DNA from: Lingula anatina
Lineage: Eukaryota > Animalia > Brachiopoda
Length of the DNA: 64,000 nt
NCBI GenBank assembly: GCA_051362555.1
Contig: CM120643.1
Coordinates: 1,674,001-1,738,000 of the forward strand
Reading direction: 5' to 3'
Shown: positions 1 to 12,560 of the stretch, in pieces
How positions within the stretch are numbered: the first letter of the stretch is position 1
Layout: every line of letters begins with the position of its first letter
Notes under the pieces: generated by a model
The model's input: the letters and a program-made list of their open reading frames with translations, nothing else
The model's database searches: none
What the model was told of the DNA's origin: nothing
Translations under genes and position numbers: made by a program

Positions 1-180
1 CCTCAGCTTTAGTGCAGATGCACTAAGGTCAAACACCGTGGCTATAAAACAGTTCGATCTATAATTTTTATTTTAAAAATAAAATTAAATGGGTATCTAC
101 TTCTATCTAATTCAAGCAAATAGTTAAAAACAGCTCCTGTTCACAGCTCTTGCTAAACACAGCAAGAACTGTAACCCAGT

Positions 181-397
181 CGGTGGCTAAAAATAGCAGC
201 TTACTAAGACTAAAAAATTACTTTGGTGGCTAAAAAATAACAGCTTACTAAGACTAAAGAATTGCATTTAAAAAGTGTACTGTGCCGTAAAGTTCGGGTT
301 CGGTCCGACAATAGAGATGAAATTATAATGTCAACAAACATAGCAAGAGCTGTAAATCAGGCCCAGTCGGTGGCTAAAAATAGCAGCTTACTAAGAA
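181..397. repeat. Short local direct repeat (GGTGGCTAAAAATAGCAGCTTACTAAGA) x3
   Basis: Near-identical ~28-bp copies at about 182, 225 and 370. Confidence 0.6.
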
Positions 398-742
398 GCC
401 CCACATTCCGTCACCCAAAAAAAAATGCATTCAAAAGTATGCTATTCAGCCATTTTCGGGGCTTGAAAACCTCCTAATATACTACTGATATTTTATCCAT
501 TATTTTATCTTTTATTTATATTTTAATGTAACCATAATAATGTTAGAAGTACCTTAGACAGCGAACAATTTTAAATTGAAACACTTAAAGCTGAAAAAAT
601 TATTATCATTATAAACATCCGAGTACAAGTTGCTCACTGGACGCAGCCAGAGTTCTTTCCTATATTGGAAGCAGTATACTATGGTAAGTGGCCCGAGAGA
701 GAGAGAGAACAGAGGGAGAGAGAAGAGGAAAAGAAAACTTAC

Positions 743-3129
743 CGTTATTCTGTACAGTCCATCTGGATTCGAAGTCTTTTTGTAGTCAACGATCACGTAG
801 TAAGAAAAAATCTTGAATTTCACTGCTGACAGACGAGTCTTCGGACCGCCATCAAAGAATTCTTGTTTTGTGAGTACATACCAAAACCAGGTTGATATAG
901 ACCTTGCCATGATACCTATAACGTTGGGCGCAGTGTTATATCTGAAGACTCTCCCATCACACGTAACATAGCGGACATCGCCATGCGCATGGCATTCACA
1001 AGGGGGGATTGGCGCTGAAATGGACAGTGGCATTAAATGATGCCATTAAAAGTGAATGATACGCAAGACACAATACATCAAAAGAGGAATTTGAAAAGAA
1101 AAAACTTTTGTATTGAAAAGCTTGTGACCAATGGTATACAAGGCATCCAAGCTGCCAAATGTACAGACAAAAAGCACAAAAAGTGACGCACAAAATAGGA
1201 AACTGTCAATTCTGATGCTACAATACATTATCCTTAACAGCAAAGTCAGCACCGAATTTCAATTATGCAAAACATTCAATATGGATACTTACAGAAAAAT
1301 AATTCAATTAGACTATTTAATTCCCATGGGACTATTTAAGTCCCATGAATATTTTAGTGTAGGAAAGGTACGTGACATGATTTTCCTTAAATATCAAAGA
1401 ATGGGATTCTTCGCATCATTTCGCTAGAACGTACTTGAGCAAGCACCAACTGAACATTAAATGAAACTGATTATTGTTGTCAGTATTTGATTTCCTCATA
1501 GCGATTTACACGTAAATATTTTGACCACGTATCTGTAAAGTAGTAGTAATGCGTTATCCAACCTAAACGTATACAACGGTATCCGTATTTCGAGCCTGTT
1601 TGTAAATCTTGCGCGTTTCCGGACACTAAATAATACAATAAACAGACCACATTGGTCATCTTTCTACACAAAGAACGTTTCAATGTGTAACCTAACACAG
1701 TCCAGATTTCCTGAAGTATACTATCTCTGAGCCTTTCTTTCGAGTTAACGAGCTGTTGGTCAACTGCCAGGCATTTAAATTGCATTAGCATTTAGTAAGC
1801 TTGTCAACTTTTGATAGTTCGTTTGGAAGACTTTTGATACGATCTATACTACTCGTGGCGGCATCTCGTGTCACCGAAGTTGGTAAAAAAAGTCATGGAA
1901 GACCGTCAGAGACAAAGTAAGAAAATCGTCAACGCTCCGTTGCTGCTTTTTTTGTGTGTGTGAGTGCATCCCATGTCAACACAATGAGGCATAACCAAAA
2001 TTACCCAACTCCGTTCAACATAGTTAACCTTCCCTGTATTCAGTATGTAGCTCAGCTGACTGTCAAAAATCCTCGGCTTGTATGTTGTCACAGGACCACG
2101 TGAGTGAACCTGATCTGATGATTCATTTTTACATATTGCGGTGGAGTTTTCTAAAACGCTTTTTCTACTTATATATTGTTTCTATACTATTTATATGGTG
2201 GTAATCGATTCAAACATATCTCTAGTTTACGGAGAAGTGTGTAGTCAGGTGTGCCCCTACCAATTAACAGACTACCATGTCTGTTGCACTGCTGCTTTGT
2301 GTAATATGCAGTGATTAAATTGGGTAGTGCTCCTTTGGCCTGGTCAAAGCTTGGTTGTGGGGAAGCATGGTTCTGTCAAAAAATTACCCACATGTCGGCA
2401 ACAACTGCAAAGAAGTATTTGAAATTTTGCATGTAAGCGGTCGGTTTTGCAGTGCGTAAAATAAGTTAAGCAGTATTTAACAAAATTGTTAATCTGTGCC
2501 AGAATGGTGCAAAAGAGACAGACATTGCCATGCAGATTATAGTTTTATAGCATAGTTTATAGAGTTATGGCCAGACTGATGTACCTTCAGAACTCAGGGT
2601 ACAGAACTCACTGTCCTGCTGCACCTAAACAAAAAACCACCTAGTCCTTTGAGAATGAGGGGGAAATTACCACCAAAAACGTGTTTTTCAAGGTCCTTAG
2701 CGAACACCAAAATGGTTTCAGCAGGTTGGAATACCAAAACCTCTGAGGAACCCACTGTGAATAGCAAATTGTCTGTTTTTCTAATAAATTGGGGCCATGA
2801 CCAAATATATGAATACAGAAGTGTAAGATAAACAAACGTAATAAAAGCTGATTAACATTCTTGCCAACACCTAGGTAAAAGCCATCAACCACAAATCTTC
2901 ATTTTCATATTCGGTCACGTTTGCAATGGTAGTAAAAATGTAGCTTACGTATTGGACCGGTGGGCAGTGGCTCCTGATCCTCGGCTGGAAGGTTAGCTAT
3001 TTCAGCTGTAGCATCGTCTCTTTGCGCCTCTTCCTCCGGAGTAAGAGGGATGGGACCCGCGCCAGTAACGGATGTCACCGTCGTCAAAGCGATGATCAGA
3101 AGCACGGCCACATATCTTGGTCCTGACAT
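743..3129 (-). CDS. Secreted single-VWD-domain protein, paralog A (3'-partial; exon 3 lies left of the window)
   Basis: Exon 1 3129-2949 (ATG; hydrophobic signal peptide MSGPRYVAVLLIIALTTVTSVTGA, acidic linker; donor C|gtaagc, phase 1). Exon 2 1014-743 (acceptor tccatttcag|, CECHAHGDVRYVTCDGRVF resembling the VWD N-terminal C..GD.HY.TFDG motif; donor ACG|gtaagt, phase 0). Same exon phases as paralogs B and C. Confidence 0.82.
2233..2795 (+). mobile_element. 5' remnant of a Tc1-like element in intron 1 of paralog A
   Basis: Colinear with 39808-40437 inside the decayed Tc1 element in paralog C intron 1, including the ATG(G/C)CCAGACTG start region. Confidence 0.6.
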
Positions 3130-5476
3130 CTTCAAGGGTCTCTTTTCTTGTCCAATGTGTAGCAGAATAGAAGGAGAAACGGCAACGGCGACGCTCTTTG
3201 TCCCGTTCTTCTTATTTGTACAACTTTAAAAGATGGACATGCAGCAATTCGCCACGTTGACAAACTGAGATTGCGCATGCTCGTTCTAACAATGTGCGTA
3301 GGTTGAAGAGTTGTGGGGTTTACAAATAAAAGTTAAGAAAAAAGAAACAAATAACAGAGAGAGAGAAAGAGACAGAGAGAGGAATCTTAAGCTCTATTTA
3401 ATATCTCTCTTTTGTGGTCTTTGTCATTTCGCTGCAAGTGAGATCTTTTGCAAAGAATGTTACATAATATAGTTCATATGTTTCATATTTGATTATACAT
3501 TTTAAGTCGTGATTGGTCATGTGGGGATGGGGGGGAATGTATATACATGTATAACCCAGTAATTATCCAATATTTTAATTAGCGAAACAATTTTATTATT
3601 TTTAATTTGAAAAGGTTATGTCTTGCGTAAAGCAAAATAGTAAAAAAAAAAACTACCCAAAAATCACCGAATTCCCAGGCCACTTCTAATGGAGTGTCGG
3701 ACAACGCTTACTAAAAATTCGTCTTAACTTTCAGGGGTATTTGAAATATAAGATTCCATTAACTGGCCATTTAGTTTTCGAAGCGTTTTCCTCCTACGAT
3801 ATGCATTTAAAATAACTTATTTGCTTACGAGGCACTAGGAGTTATAATCTACAAAGTGAATGTCATCCCAGACATCGACAAAAATTTTCACAATAAAAAG
3901 TGTTCATGTCTTGCCCCCGTCCACTCACATAACGTTATCAACAATCCTTGAATATTGACGTTTCGTTGCCACCTCCCACCCCCCCCCCCGAAGGGGTCTT
4001 AAGACAATATTCGATCTATCTCCTTAAACCGAGCGGTCTTTCTTAATTAAACCACAAGTAACTTTAATCAGTGATTTTTCCTAATGTTTGAAATATTTAG
4101 TATTTTTGAAGACATTCTAGCTTAATTAATGCGGGTTTCAGCCTTCTTAAGCAGAAAATTTTGTGTGGTTTGGTTACGTAAGACTTAATTTTTCCATCTT
4201 TTTACGTCCAGGTATATTGCACGCTGTACACGCGTGCCATCTTATCATGCATATGTTCAGTTAGAGTTACAGTTATATGCTTAGCCAACTTTTTCTTTGA
4301 GATATAAATTTTATCAAATTTCATAAATAAGAATGATTAAGAAGTATTAATTGTTTTGAATGTATATATATAATATAAAGATAAACTATTAAAATGGAAT
4401 TAGATTCAAATAACCTTTAAAAGGGTAGAGGGTACATCCACAAAATATTCGTGTTTTAATTTTTTTTAATTAGTCCTTTTTGTTTAGAAGTCTAACAAGT
4501 ACCATACTTGTACAAAGACGCGCGTTGCTAATTTATTTGTCCTGGCGTACGTAGCTTTCCCCATCCCCAGTCACTCCGTTGTGATTCATTGTTTGCAACT
4601 GCCATATGTTTTCATTTCTGTTTTTATCAGTGTTTTCAGTTTCATCTTAAGATTTAAATTACTGTTTAGGTCAGGTAATATATGGTGAAAAAAGCAAAGA
4701 CGTCGCATATTTGATGAAGTGTTTGAGCCAGCTGAAAGCATCTCTTTGCCGCAAACCTTGAATATGAAACCTTCAAGGTCAAAATAATTAAGTGTGTGTC
4801 CACGAGAAAACCAGACCAAATGTAGAAAATGCGGCAAGGTGGGGGTGAACGGATTAACACCATATTTGGTGGGTTTGAACCTTTATATGAACAATATCTG
4901 AGGCCGCAATATTTCCTGAAACAAATCCCTACTTACAGAGATATGGCCAGTGACAATTTGGGGGGTTTATCAACCAAAAATTCATCTGAAATACAGGGTT
5001 ATATTGATTGGCCTTACAGTTTATACAGGTGTAACTAAATTATTTAGTTTGGTGATATATTATAACCTTAAGATATGGGGATTAAAATGATATACACTTT
5101 TTCACTCTCTTTGTTTCCATGGTTACAAACCAAACGTTTTTCTCAGGGCTACGAACCACATGCTTTGAACACCCCCCCTTCTATTTTTGCCAATATCTTC
5201 ATCTTCACAGGTCTTTGGGGTAAAGGGTGTTCAGGACTAACAGATAATTCATTAATCAATTTATACATGAAATCAAAACTTACTGCTGTTCTACAACTTG
5301 TCCGTTGTAACAGATAGAACATGACCCAATTTCGTAATTTTTCATATTAAATCCGGAGACATGTATCGGTACACTCCACTTCAGCTAACTCTTTCAAGTC
5401 AACAAATGGTCTAAAACACTGTAAGTTAACCTTTTTAGTTTCATTTAACCTATTTTATTTTTTTCCTGGTTAAAAC

Positions 5477-5592
5477 TAAATAAGTACACTGTACTATTTG
5501 TCGTTAAGCGTTTATTGGTCCAACTTGACAATGATCGCTATATCTGAAACAGAAGATAAATTACATAAGTCTACATAAATAATAATCCTATA
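5477..5592 (-). repeat. 3' LTR (116 bp)
   Basis: Direct repeat of 10733-10848; abuts the PPT; contains AATAAA on the minus strand. Confidence 0.95.
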
Positions 5593-5778
5593 TCTCCCCC
5601 CAAGTCTTTAGGTTCACTGATAACCAAAGTCAGTAGAAAGACTGAAATGTTTCAATGATCCACGAGAGGTCACTAGTGTTTGAAAACAAGTAAACTACAA
5701 AGTAACAGCTAAACTGAATATGCAAATGACAACAGGAACAGCAAACATTGGTGTGCAACTACACAGGAGTTCAAATGT

Positions 5779-8700
5779 CTATGACAGTTCATAGTCTTTT
5801 TGCCAAGCTGGGGGTCGAGTGGCACGAGTGGAGCGTCTAGGTTGATCCATGGTAAGAGGCTGGGACATTCCAGGTTGACTATCCACTGTCCTGGGGCGTG
5901 GAGTGGTGCAAACACGTGTGCTAACACTGCCTGGCCTAGGTGGAGATGCATTCCCCAAAGGTAAAAGACGGCGCTTTGGGGTGACGGTCCCTTTGGATGG
6001 CGTATCTGTGGCGGGTGAGGGTGTGTTGAACAGTTGAGGTATGGGTGGTGCAGTCAATGACGGAGGAGTTTCACACTGCATTTGTGTGTCATGAGAGTGT
6101 GGGGTAGCCTTGGCCTTAGGTGTTACAGGTAGGCCAGGGATTTCTTCCTTGCGTTCCTCCTGATCAGTGGCAACCTTGGCAGGGAGTGTTGGAGGAGAGC
6201 CAGGGATTTCCTTCCTTGTCTCCTGATCAGCTGCAAGTTTGGCAAGTGGTGGGGTAGCATGCGGAAGCTGAAGATCAAGGTCCATGGTCTGGATTGGTGT
6301 GGGTTGCATGACAGGAGTGTAACGCCGGAGGAATTTCCTGTTCCGTAATGTGACTCGTCCCGAGCCATCTACTCTCACAACATATTGATCAAACTGCCGT
6401 ACTTCAACCACGGTCCCAGTCTTGTCCCATTTCAGGGGATGCGGGCCTGTCTGGTTCTGGATTCGGACACGATCCCCTACTGCAAGGGGTACAAGTCTCT
6501 TGGTGTGCTCCATAAGACGTTCTGCCATCTTCATATGGCGATTTCTGAGCGCTTCCTCCCTAGCCTTAAGGGTCTCTTGCCAAGTGGTGTGTGGTTTATA
6601 TCTTCCCGGTGGAATGGGGATGAAATCACGGATGGGGTGCCCGAAGACGCACATTGCTGGTGAGAGTTTAGTGTCTCTGTCTGGGGTGTTCCTGTACTGA
6701 AGCATAGCACGCTGAAAGCTGTCCGTATCCAAGTCACCATTAGGGCTGGTATTGTCTGTGATGAGGCGTTTTACTGTCTTAACCCCAACTTCAGCACGGC
6801 AGTTACTATGGGGAAAGGCTACTGATGACATACGATGATGTACACCCCAATCAGAAAGAAACTTCTTGGTGGCAGTTGATGTGAACTCCGGTCCCCCATC
6901 TGAGGATAGCTCATCGGCAATGCCAAAGGTGACAAAGGTCCGTCGAAGAGAAGCTATCAGGCCAGCCGCTCCTTGGGATGCTCTCTCCACAATCGGCCAG
7001 TTGGAATACCGATCAACAATGACAAGGTAGTTATTACCCATGTAGTGGAAGTAGTCAGCACAGACGCACTGGAATGGGTAGTCAGGATATATCAATGGTG
7101 TCGGAGGGGCACTCGGTTGGGAGGGGGTCATGCGGTTGCAGTGGTTGCAACCTGTTCTGGTGGATACTATATCCGGTGTTATGCCAGGCCAGAAGATTGA
7201 GGACTCAGCTCTGGTTATCATAGAGGAGATCCCCTGATGGGCACTGTGCAATGTAGAGAGGACGTCTTGCCTTAATGCAGGTGGGATGACTACACGGTCT
7301 CTATACAACACAACTCCGTCGATTGTGCTGAGGTCCTCCTTGAACTGATAATACTCGCGAAGCTTGATGGGGAACTCTTGGCGGCTCTCTGGTAGACCTG
7401 AGGTTATTAAGTCGACTAGCATAGCCATATCTGCATCACTTGTGGTTGCTGTGCGTACTCTGTCCCAGGTCACTGATTTCAAGGTGGTGGATGCCAGAGA
7501 GGATGTAAGTGCAGAGATCATGTTTTCCTCCATGGGGATGTGACTGGGGGCAGGGGATCGGATTTGAGACAGAGGGTGATGTTGGCTGACAGTAGCAACG
7601 TCGTCAGGGAGTGGGAGCTTATCTGGATCTCCTGTGGGATGACGAGATACGCAATCTGCAGCAAGGTGTTTGACCCCACGTATATGTACCATCTGGAAGC
7701 GGTATCTGAGGGTCTTCTCCTTCAAGTTTCTTAGGCGGGGGTTGTTGATATCATCAAGGGACCTGCAGCTAAAGACCTTCAGTAATGGCTTGTGGTCAAC
7801 TGCAATGATGAGGTCATGACATCCAAGGACAAAGTACCTTGTCTTGTTCAGAGCATCAGCAACAGCTAGGGCTTCACCCTCGATGGGGGCATATCGCGAT
7901 TCAGCAGAGTGGGTGAAACGGCTGCCTACAAGAGTAATCTTCCATCCAGATGGGCAGCAGAATGGTCGGATAGGCTGGCAAGAGCAATGCTTCTGTAGGA
8001 GCCAGAACCCAATTCCATTTTTGGACCAGTCAGTTGCAAGGCATGTGGGCCTGGACTTGTCAAATATTCGGACCCCCTCTTCAATTTCCTTGGAGATGAC
8101 AGCCTTGGATTCTTCGAAGAGACTGTTGAGATCCTCGTCCCATCTGAAGGGGGTACCAGGTTGAAGAAGACATCTAAAGGGAAGCATTTTGTCTGCCATG
8201 CTGAAGGCATATGATACCTGGTTGACCAAACCAAACCATGATCGCACATCAGTGATGTTTCGAGGGGTGGGAAAGTCCAAGATGGCCTGAAGGTACTTGG
8301 AACTGGGCTTGACACTGTCCAGGGTAATGTCAAATCCTGCAAACTCCACCTCATCTTGTGTGAAAACAAATTTCTCTGGGTTCAGGGTGATGCCATGTCT
8401 ACCACAGATGTCTAACCACTCCACGGCTTTGAAGAAACTCCCCTCTATTGAGCTGGACCAAAGTAGGACATCATTGACACATTTGGTTTTGTTGGTGATG
8501 TGCGAGACAATTTCGTCGTATCTCCTGGTATACCCATCACCTGAAGCAATGTACCCTTGGGGAGCAACCTTGTATCGGTATCTACCCCAGGGTGTGATAA
8601 ACGTTGTGAGATGGCGATCCTCCTCACGAATGGGTACACTGTGGTATCCATTCCAAGCATCCAGAACTGTCTTTTTCTTGCCTTGGGGCACAGCCCTGGC

Positions 8701-10707
8701 TTGGTGAAAAGGAGAAGGGGTGTGATGGGTCTCTCGTGTAGCATGTGCATTCAGAGCCTGTAGATCAACTGTGCGGCGTAGCCTGCCATTGTTCTTCGCA
8801 CATACAACCATGCGGTGGCACCAGGTGACTGGCTCGCCAATTGGGACTGGTTCTATGACCCCTAGTCTGACATCTTGGTCAAGTCCTGCTTTCACTTCTT
8901 CCTGCCAGTGAAGTGGGACTGGTATTGGAGTGTGATAGGCTACTGGTGCCGCAGAAGGGTCTACCATCAATTTCATTGGAGGGCTGTCCATAAGGGGCAA
9001 TGGCTGATGATCACATGTATTAAATGTACTGGACCTGTAATAGTCCAGAAGGTATTCCTTCAGTCGCCCACAGTTCTGTTCCGTCGCAGGGAAAGGCAGC
9101 TTGGTTGGAGGCGGGGGAGGTGGTTGACGTTTGGGGCAAGTGCATGTGTGTTGGGCATCAGCGCCACGAGCTGTAAGGGTAATGTCAGGGAACACGGATG
9201 CACACTGCGACATGTGATATGCACCCACAGTCGGGAAGGTCTTTGGTATGATGCCAAGTGCAATACATGCCTCCCTGCTGATAAAGAGCTTGTCAGAGCT
9301 GTCGGTGACATATGTCATCTGTCTTGTTTCCACCAGTTTGCCAGATGGGCCCCTCCCAGCATAGCGAAGTATAGTTGCTCCGAGAATGCTGATGCCATTG
9401 TTGACAGCAGTGTGCATCTTCATAGTGACTGGGATCAGGTCCTGTCGATTCAGGCCTAGACGTTGGATTACCTTAATGCCAGCAAGGCAGCTCTGACAAC
9501 CAGTGTCAGCCATTGAGGGATGTTCTATTGGTTTGGCTGAGGATAGAAGGCTGAAGCCTAGCTCTCTGTAATCATCTGCACAGACCGTGATTCTAAGGTT
9601 GACGAACGGTTGTGGTTTGGAAGCTCTTCGCACCCACGTGTCATTCAATTGATCATAGATATGATGATCTAAAGCAATGGCCCTGCCTTTCGTATGTTGT
9701 GTTGTGATGGTGACAGAGCAGAGCGATTCAAAGACTGCGTCTTCACAGTCATCTGCCTCATGACAGGAAGTAGTCTTCTGGCTCGGCTTGGGTTTGTCTT
9801 TGCTACGGCACACTATTTCAAGGTGGTGGTATCGTGTGCAAGTCTGGCATTTGTGCCCAAAGGCGGGGCAATCTCTCTTACGAATGCGTAGAGGAGCAGC
9901 CTTGCCATGGCCAGTTTTTCCGCAGTAGCCACAGGGGTCCTGGGGTGGTTTTTCGGCAGGGGTGGGGGTCTCTTTTTTCTTGCGTCGGTAAGTGCTACCG
10001 ATGGCCTCAGCTGCTTGGGATTCTTGTAAGCGTGATGCGGAGCGCTTCCCTGCTTCTTTTGCTTCCACAAATTGGAGGACTTCCTCCAATGTCATGTCCT
10101 GGTTCTTATCCCCTAAAAGGTCTATTTGGATCTCAGAGTCTGCTAGTCCACGGGTTAGAACATCACGGGTCATCTCCTCCATGTACCTTACAGCAGTGTT
10201 GCAACTGGGGCATGAGACAGAAAATTTGCATACTCCTGCCTGGCCTTTTAGACGGGCTCCATAGTTGCGGACAGGTTCATCTCTGTCTTGGCGCATGTTC
10301 TGTAGTGTCACTCTAGCCACCATTGTGTTCTCTGTGCGTACAGCTAATGCTTTGATTGCGGCCATCACCTCATCAACAGATTTGTTTGCAAGGCTCCCAC
10401 CTGCTGTCCTAGTTAGGTCTTTTCGCAAGGGGTCATCACAACATTCCAGCAATTGGATAACCCTGTCTTTGCCAGCTATCTTTGTTGCATCAGCATATTC
10501 TGTCCATCTGGACTGAAAGTATGACCACTCTTCGTTGGTACCGCAAGCTGATATTGTGGGCCGCTTGACTTTCTCCACTTTGACTGCAGTAACGTGAGCG
10601 TTGGTATGAACAGAGCTGTGTGTGGTGAGTAGGGCTGCTACGATAGTGGCATCAAGGTCATCTGTGGTGTAGTCACAGCCTTCTATTGGGCACTGGACCG
10701 CCGGCAT
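5779..10707 (-). CDS. Gag-Pol polyprotein (1642 aa), Ty3/Gypsy order PR-RT-RH-IN
   Basis: Zinc knuckles (CGYCGKTGH...C; CQTCTRYHH...C), protease ADTGCQS, RT ([19 protein letters not shown]), RNase H ([10 protein letters not shown]), integrase HHCC plus D,D(35)E (CADYF...SSDGGPEF...RAEVGV). No stops or frameshifts. Confidence 0.96.
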   Translation of the reverse strand: MPAVQCPIEGCDYTTDDLDATIVAALLTTHSSVHTNAHVTAVKVEKVKRPTISACGTNEEWSYFQSRWTEYADATKIAGKDRVIQLLECCDDPLRKDLTRTAGGSLANKSVDEVMAAIKALAVRTENTMVARVTLQNMRQDRDEPVRNYGARLKGQAGVCKFSVSCPSCNTAVRYMEEMTRDVLTRGLADSEIQIDLLGDKNQDMTLEEVLQFVEAKEAGKRSASRLQESQAAEAIGSTYRRKKKETPTPAEKPPQDPCGYCGKTGHGKAAPLRIRKRDCPAFGHKCQTCTRYHHLEIVCRSKDKPKPSQKTTSCHEADDCEDAVFESLCSVTITTQHTKGRAIALDHHIYDQLNDTWVRRASKPQPFVNLRITVCADDYRELGFSLLSSAKPIEHPSMADTGCQSCLAGIKVIQRLGLNRQDLIPVTMKMHTAVNNGISILGATILRYAGRGPSGKLVETRQMTYVTDSSDKLFISREACIALGIIPKTFPTVGAYHMSQCASVFPDITLTARGADAQHTCTCPKRQPPPPPPTKLPFPATEQNCGRLKEYLLDYYRSSTFNTCDHQPLPLMDSPPMKLMVDPSAAPVAYHTPIPVPLHWQEEVKAGLDQDVRLGVIEPVPIGEPVTWCHRMVVCAKNNGRLRRTVDLQALNAHATRETHHTPSPFHQARAVPQGKKKTVLDAWNGYHSVPIREEDRHLTTFITPWGRYRYKVAPQGYIASGDGYTRRYDEIVSHITNKTKCVNDVLLWSSSIEGSFFKAVEWLDICGRHGITLNPEKFVFTQDEVEFAGFDITLDSVKPSSKYLQAILDFPTPRNITDVRSWFGLVNQVSYAFSMADKMLPFRCLLQPGTPFRWDEDLNSLFEESKAVISKEIEEGVRIFDKSRPTCLATDWSKNGIGFWLLQKHCSCQPIRPFCCPSGWKITLVGSRFTHSAESRYAPIEGEALAVADALNKTRYFVLGCHDLIIAVDHKPLLKVFSCRSLDDINNPRLRNLKEKTLRYRFQMVHIRGVKHLAADCVSRHPTGDPDKLPLPDDVATVSQHHPLSQIRSPAPSHIPMEENMISALTSSLASTTLKSVTWDRVRTATTSDADMAMLVDLITSGLPESRQEFPIKLREYYQFKEDLSTIDGVVLYRDRVVIPPALRQDVLSTLHSAHQGISSMITRAESSIFWPGITPDIVSTRTGCNHCNRMTPSQPSAPPTPLIYPDYPFQCVCADYFHYMGNNYLVIVDRYSNWPIVERASQGAAGLIASLRRTFVTFGIADELSSDGGPEFTSTATKKFLSDWGVHHRMSSVAFPHSNCRAEVGVKTVKRLITDNTSPNGDLDTDSFQRAMLQYRNTPDRDTKLSPAMCVFGHPIRDFIPIPPGRYKPHTTWQETLKAREEALRNRHMKMAERLMEHTKRLVPLAVGDRVRIQNQTGPHPLKWDKTGTVVEVRQFDQYVVRVDGSGRVTLRNRKFLRRYTPVMQPTPIQTMDLDLQLPHATPPLAKLAADQETRKEIPGSPPTLPAKVATDQEERKEEIPGLPVTPKAKATPHSHDTQMQCETPPSLTAPPIPQLFNTPSPATDTPSKGTVTPKRRLLPLGNASPPRPGSVSTRVCTTPRPRTVDSQPGMSQPLTMDQPRRSTRATRPPAWQKDYELS

Positions 10708-10732
10708 GTGGTCAGGTACGGGATAGCGATCA

Positions 10733-10848
10733 TAAATAAGTACACTGTACTATTTGTCGTTAAGCGTTTATTGGTCCAACTTGACAATCATCGCTATATC
10801 TGAAACAGAAGATAAATTACATAAGTCTACATAAATAATAATCCTATA
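10733..10848 (-). repeat. 5' LTR (116 bp)
   Basis: Direct repeat of 5477-5592; the ORF ATG lies only 25 nt inside it. Confidence 0.95.
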
Positions 10849-10927
10849 AAAACAAGCATCTAACACATTTTAAAATCATGTGAAACTAATGTACTAGCGT
10901 CAGAACAACACAACGTCATTATCCAAC

Positions 10928-12560
10928 ATGGCGGAAATCGCAGACTGTTTCTTTGCACATCTTCCACAACGAAGTCGTATATCATGTGGTTTATACTCTG
11001 TCTACAGATATGAAAAAACATGTAGTGTATTGAAAAATTGCAACAGAGATATCAACAGTCATCTTTGACGCGTTTACGTGAAGCAAAACAGCGTGAGTTA
11101 CGAAAGCAAACTGATTCTTGTCAGATGTGGATTATTTTGTCTCCGATGACCGCAAATTGGACATTTTCAAGTATCTTTGGGAGAATGAATGGGTTACACC
11201 ATGTGACCAGCACAGAGACATGGGCTTGGTTTGTGCTGGAAACCATCCACACAGGAAAAAACGATCCTATAATGAAATATATCATGGGATTAATTTGCAG
11301 ATGTCAGTGAAGACAAAAAGCCATTACTGGTGCCACTTGGTTCAGGTAAGCAACGTGTTTGTTTATATTTCAATACAGGCCCAAAGCCAGAAGTTCACCC
11401 AGGAAAATGATCTAGGTGCAGTTTTTTTATGGTAAACGGTCCTTTTTGTAAGAAAAATGCCCTCTTTCATATACTAGTAATGAAATTGCAGCCTTAGGAC
11501 CTGTGATATTTCTATCTTTTAAGCTATATTTGTGTGGGCATTTATGTAGGTTTAAGGGTATTTGGGTAAAATAAATTTAAGGGTAACGATTGAAATTAAA
11601 TTGACGCTAGGGCTGGTCTTGGCAAAATTGCTAGGCTCATCATAATTTATATTCAAAACCTTGTCTTATAAAACATGGACAAATGGAATAATAAATTATG
11701 TTTCATCAATGTATCAATTAACTTTGAGATAAGTGTTTTCATGTGTCTATAGTAAGCTATATTTATATTTCAGGCACATTTGAGAAGTGTTATTTGATAC
11801 ACAATGATCTTATGGTCAGCAAAAGAGTCCAAAGCCTTACAGAAACTGAAAATGTCACTGACCAACCAACTACTGTACATGTAGTGTGGAAATGACTGAT
11901 GTTGTAGAAAGACATGTATGTAAATGAAAGCCACAATATAACAAATGCTGAGGAGATGCATGAGGCCCTAGTTTCTGCAGATGGAGTGAAGGGGTCTCTT
12001 TTGCTGCCATTTTTCTACATCCAGCTAGATGGACATCTTCCAAACCAGCGTGGACTGGAGTGTCCAATTACAACAATTTGGCTTTCTTGATTCCTACAAC
12101 AGGAGAAAAGGCATCTCTCTTCCTTGAACAGTTTTTATATGAGTGATACTGATGTTAAAGTTAATTTGGGTTTTCCTGAGGCCACTGTGCCAACTGGGTC
12201 TATACCGAGCAAGATCACAAGCAATGAATTTTTTTCTTGTCCCTGAAGTCTTTTGCTATCAAGAGTAATTAACATGTCATTTATTTATTTATTTTTTGAG
12301 ACCACAGTTATGAAATGTGCCAAAAGACAGCTTTTGATCAAATAATATCTCACTGAGTTACACAATAGTTGAGCTTTAAAGTCATCTAAACCTTTGAAAC
12401 TATATTCAAATAAAGTAAAGGAGTTTTTACTGAAGGAGATTAGAAAGGCACAAGAAGCAGACCATCAGGACCTAGCATTTGTGAGGATGAAGATGAGAAT
12501 GAAATGTCAGTAAGGAGGGTTACAGAAAATTCAGGAAGGACAAATCAGCAGTTATTTTTG
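10928..12560 (+). pseudogene. Degenerate, internally deleted Sola3-type transposase
   Basis: MAEIADCFFAHL...CG...LKNCNRDINSHL*...ESKLILVRCGLF, ...LVPLGS|gtaag (intron about 11345-11773), later fragments YVNESHNITNAEEMHEALVSADGVKGV and WTGVSNYNN. Many stops and frameshifts; lies inside the TTAA element. Family assignment is from recalled motif similarity, not a search. Confidence 0.6.

Larger units (their letters stand above)
5477..10848 (-). mobile_element. Full-length Ty3/Gypsy LTR retrotransposon
   Basis: LTRs 5477-5592 and 10733-10848 (116 bp, 1 mismatch). 5-bp TSD AAAAC at 5472-5476 and 10849-10853. Polypurine tract TTGGGGGGAGA (minus strand, 5603-5593). Single gag-pol ORF. Confidence 0.96.

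Noticed and set aside
6123-10516. Many short ORFs overlapping the Gypsy ORF on both strands
   Set aside because: Shadow ORFs of a GC-richer coding region; no motifs.
10708-10732. Canonical tRNA primer-binding site
   Set aside because: No TGG next to the LTR; the sequence instead matches the LTR in reverse complement.
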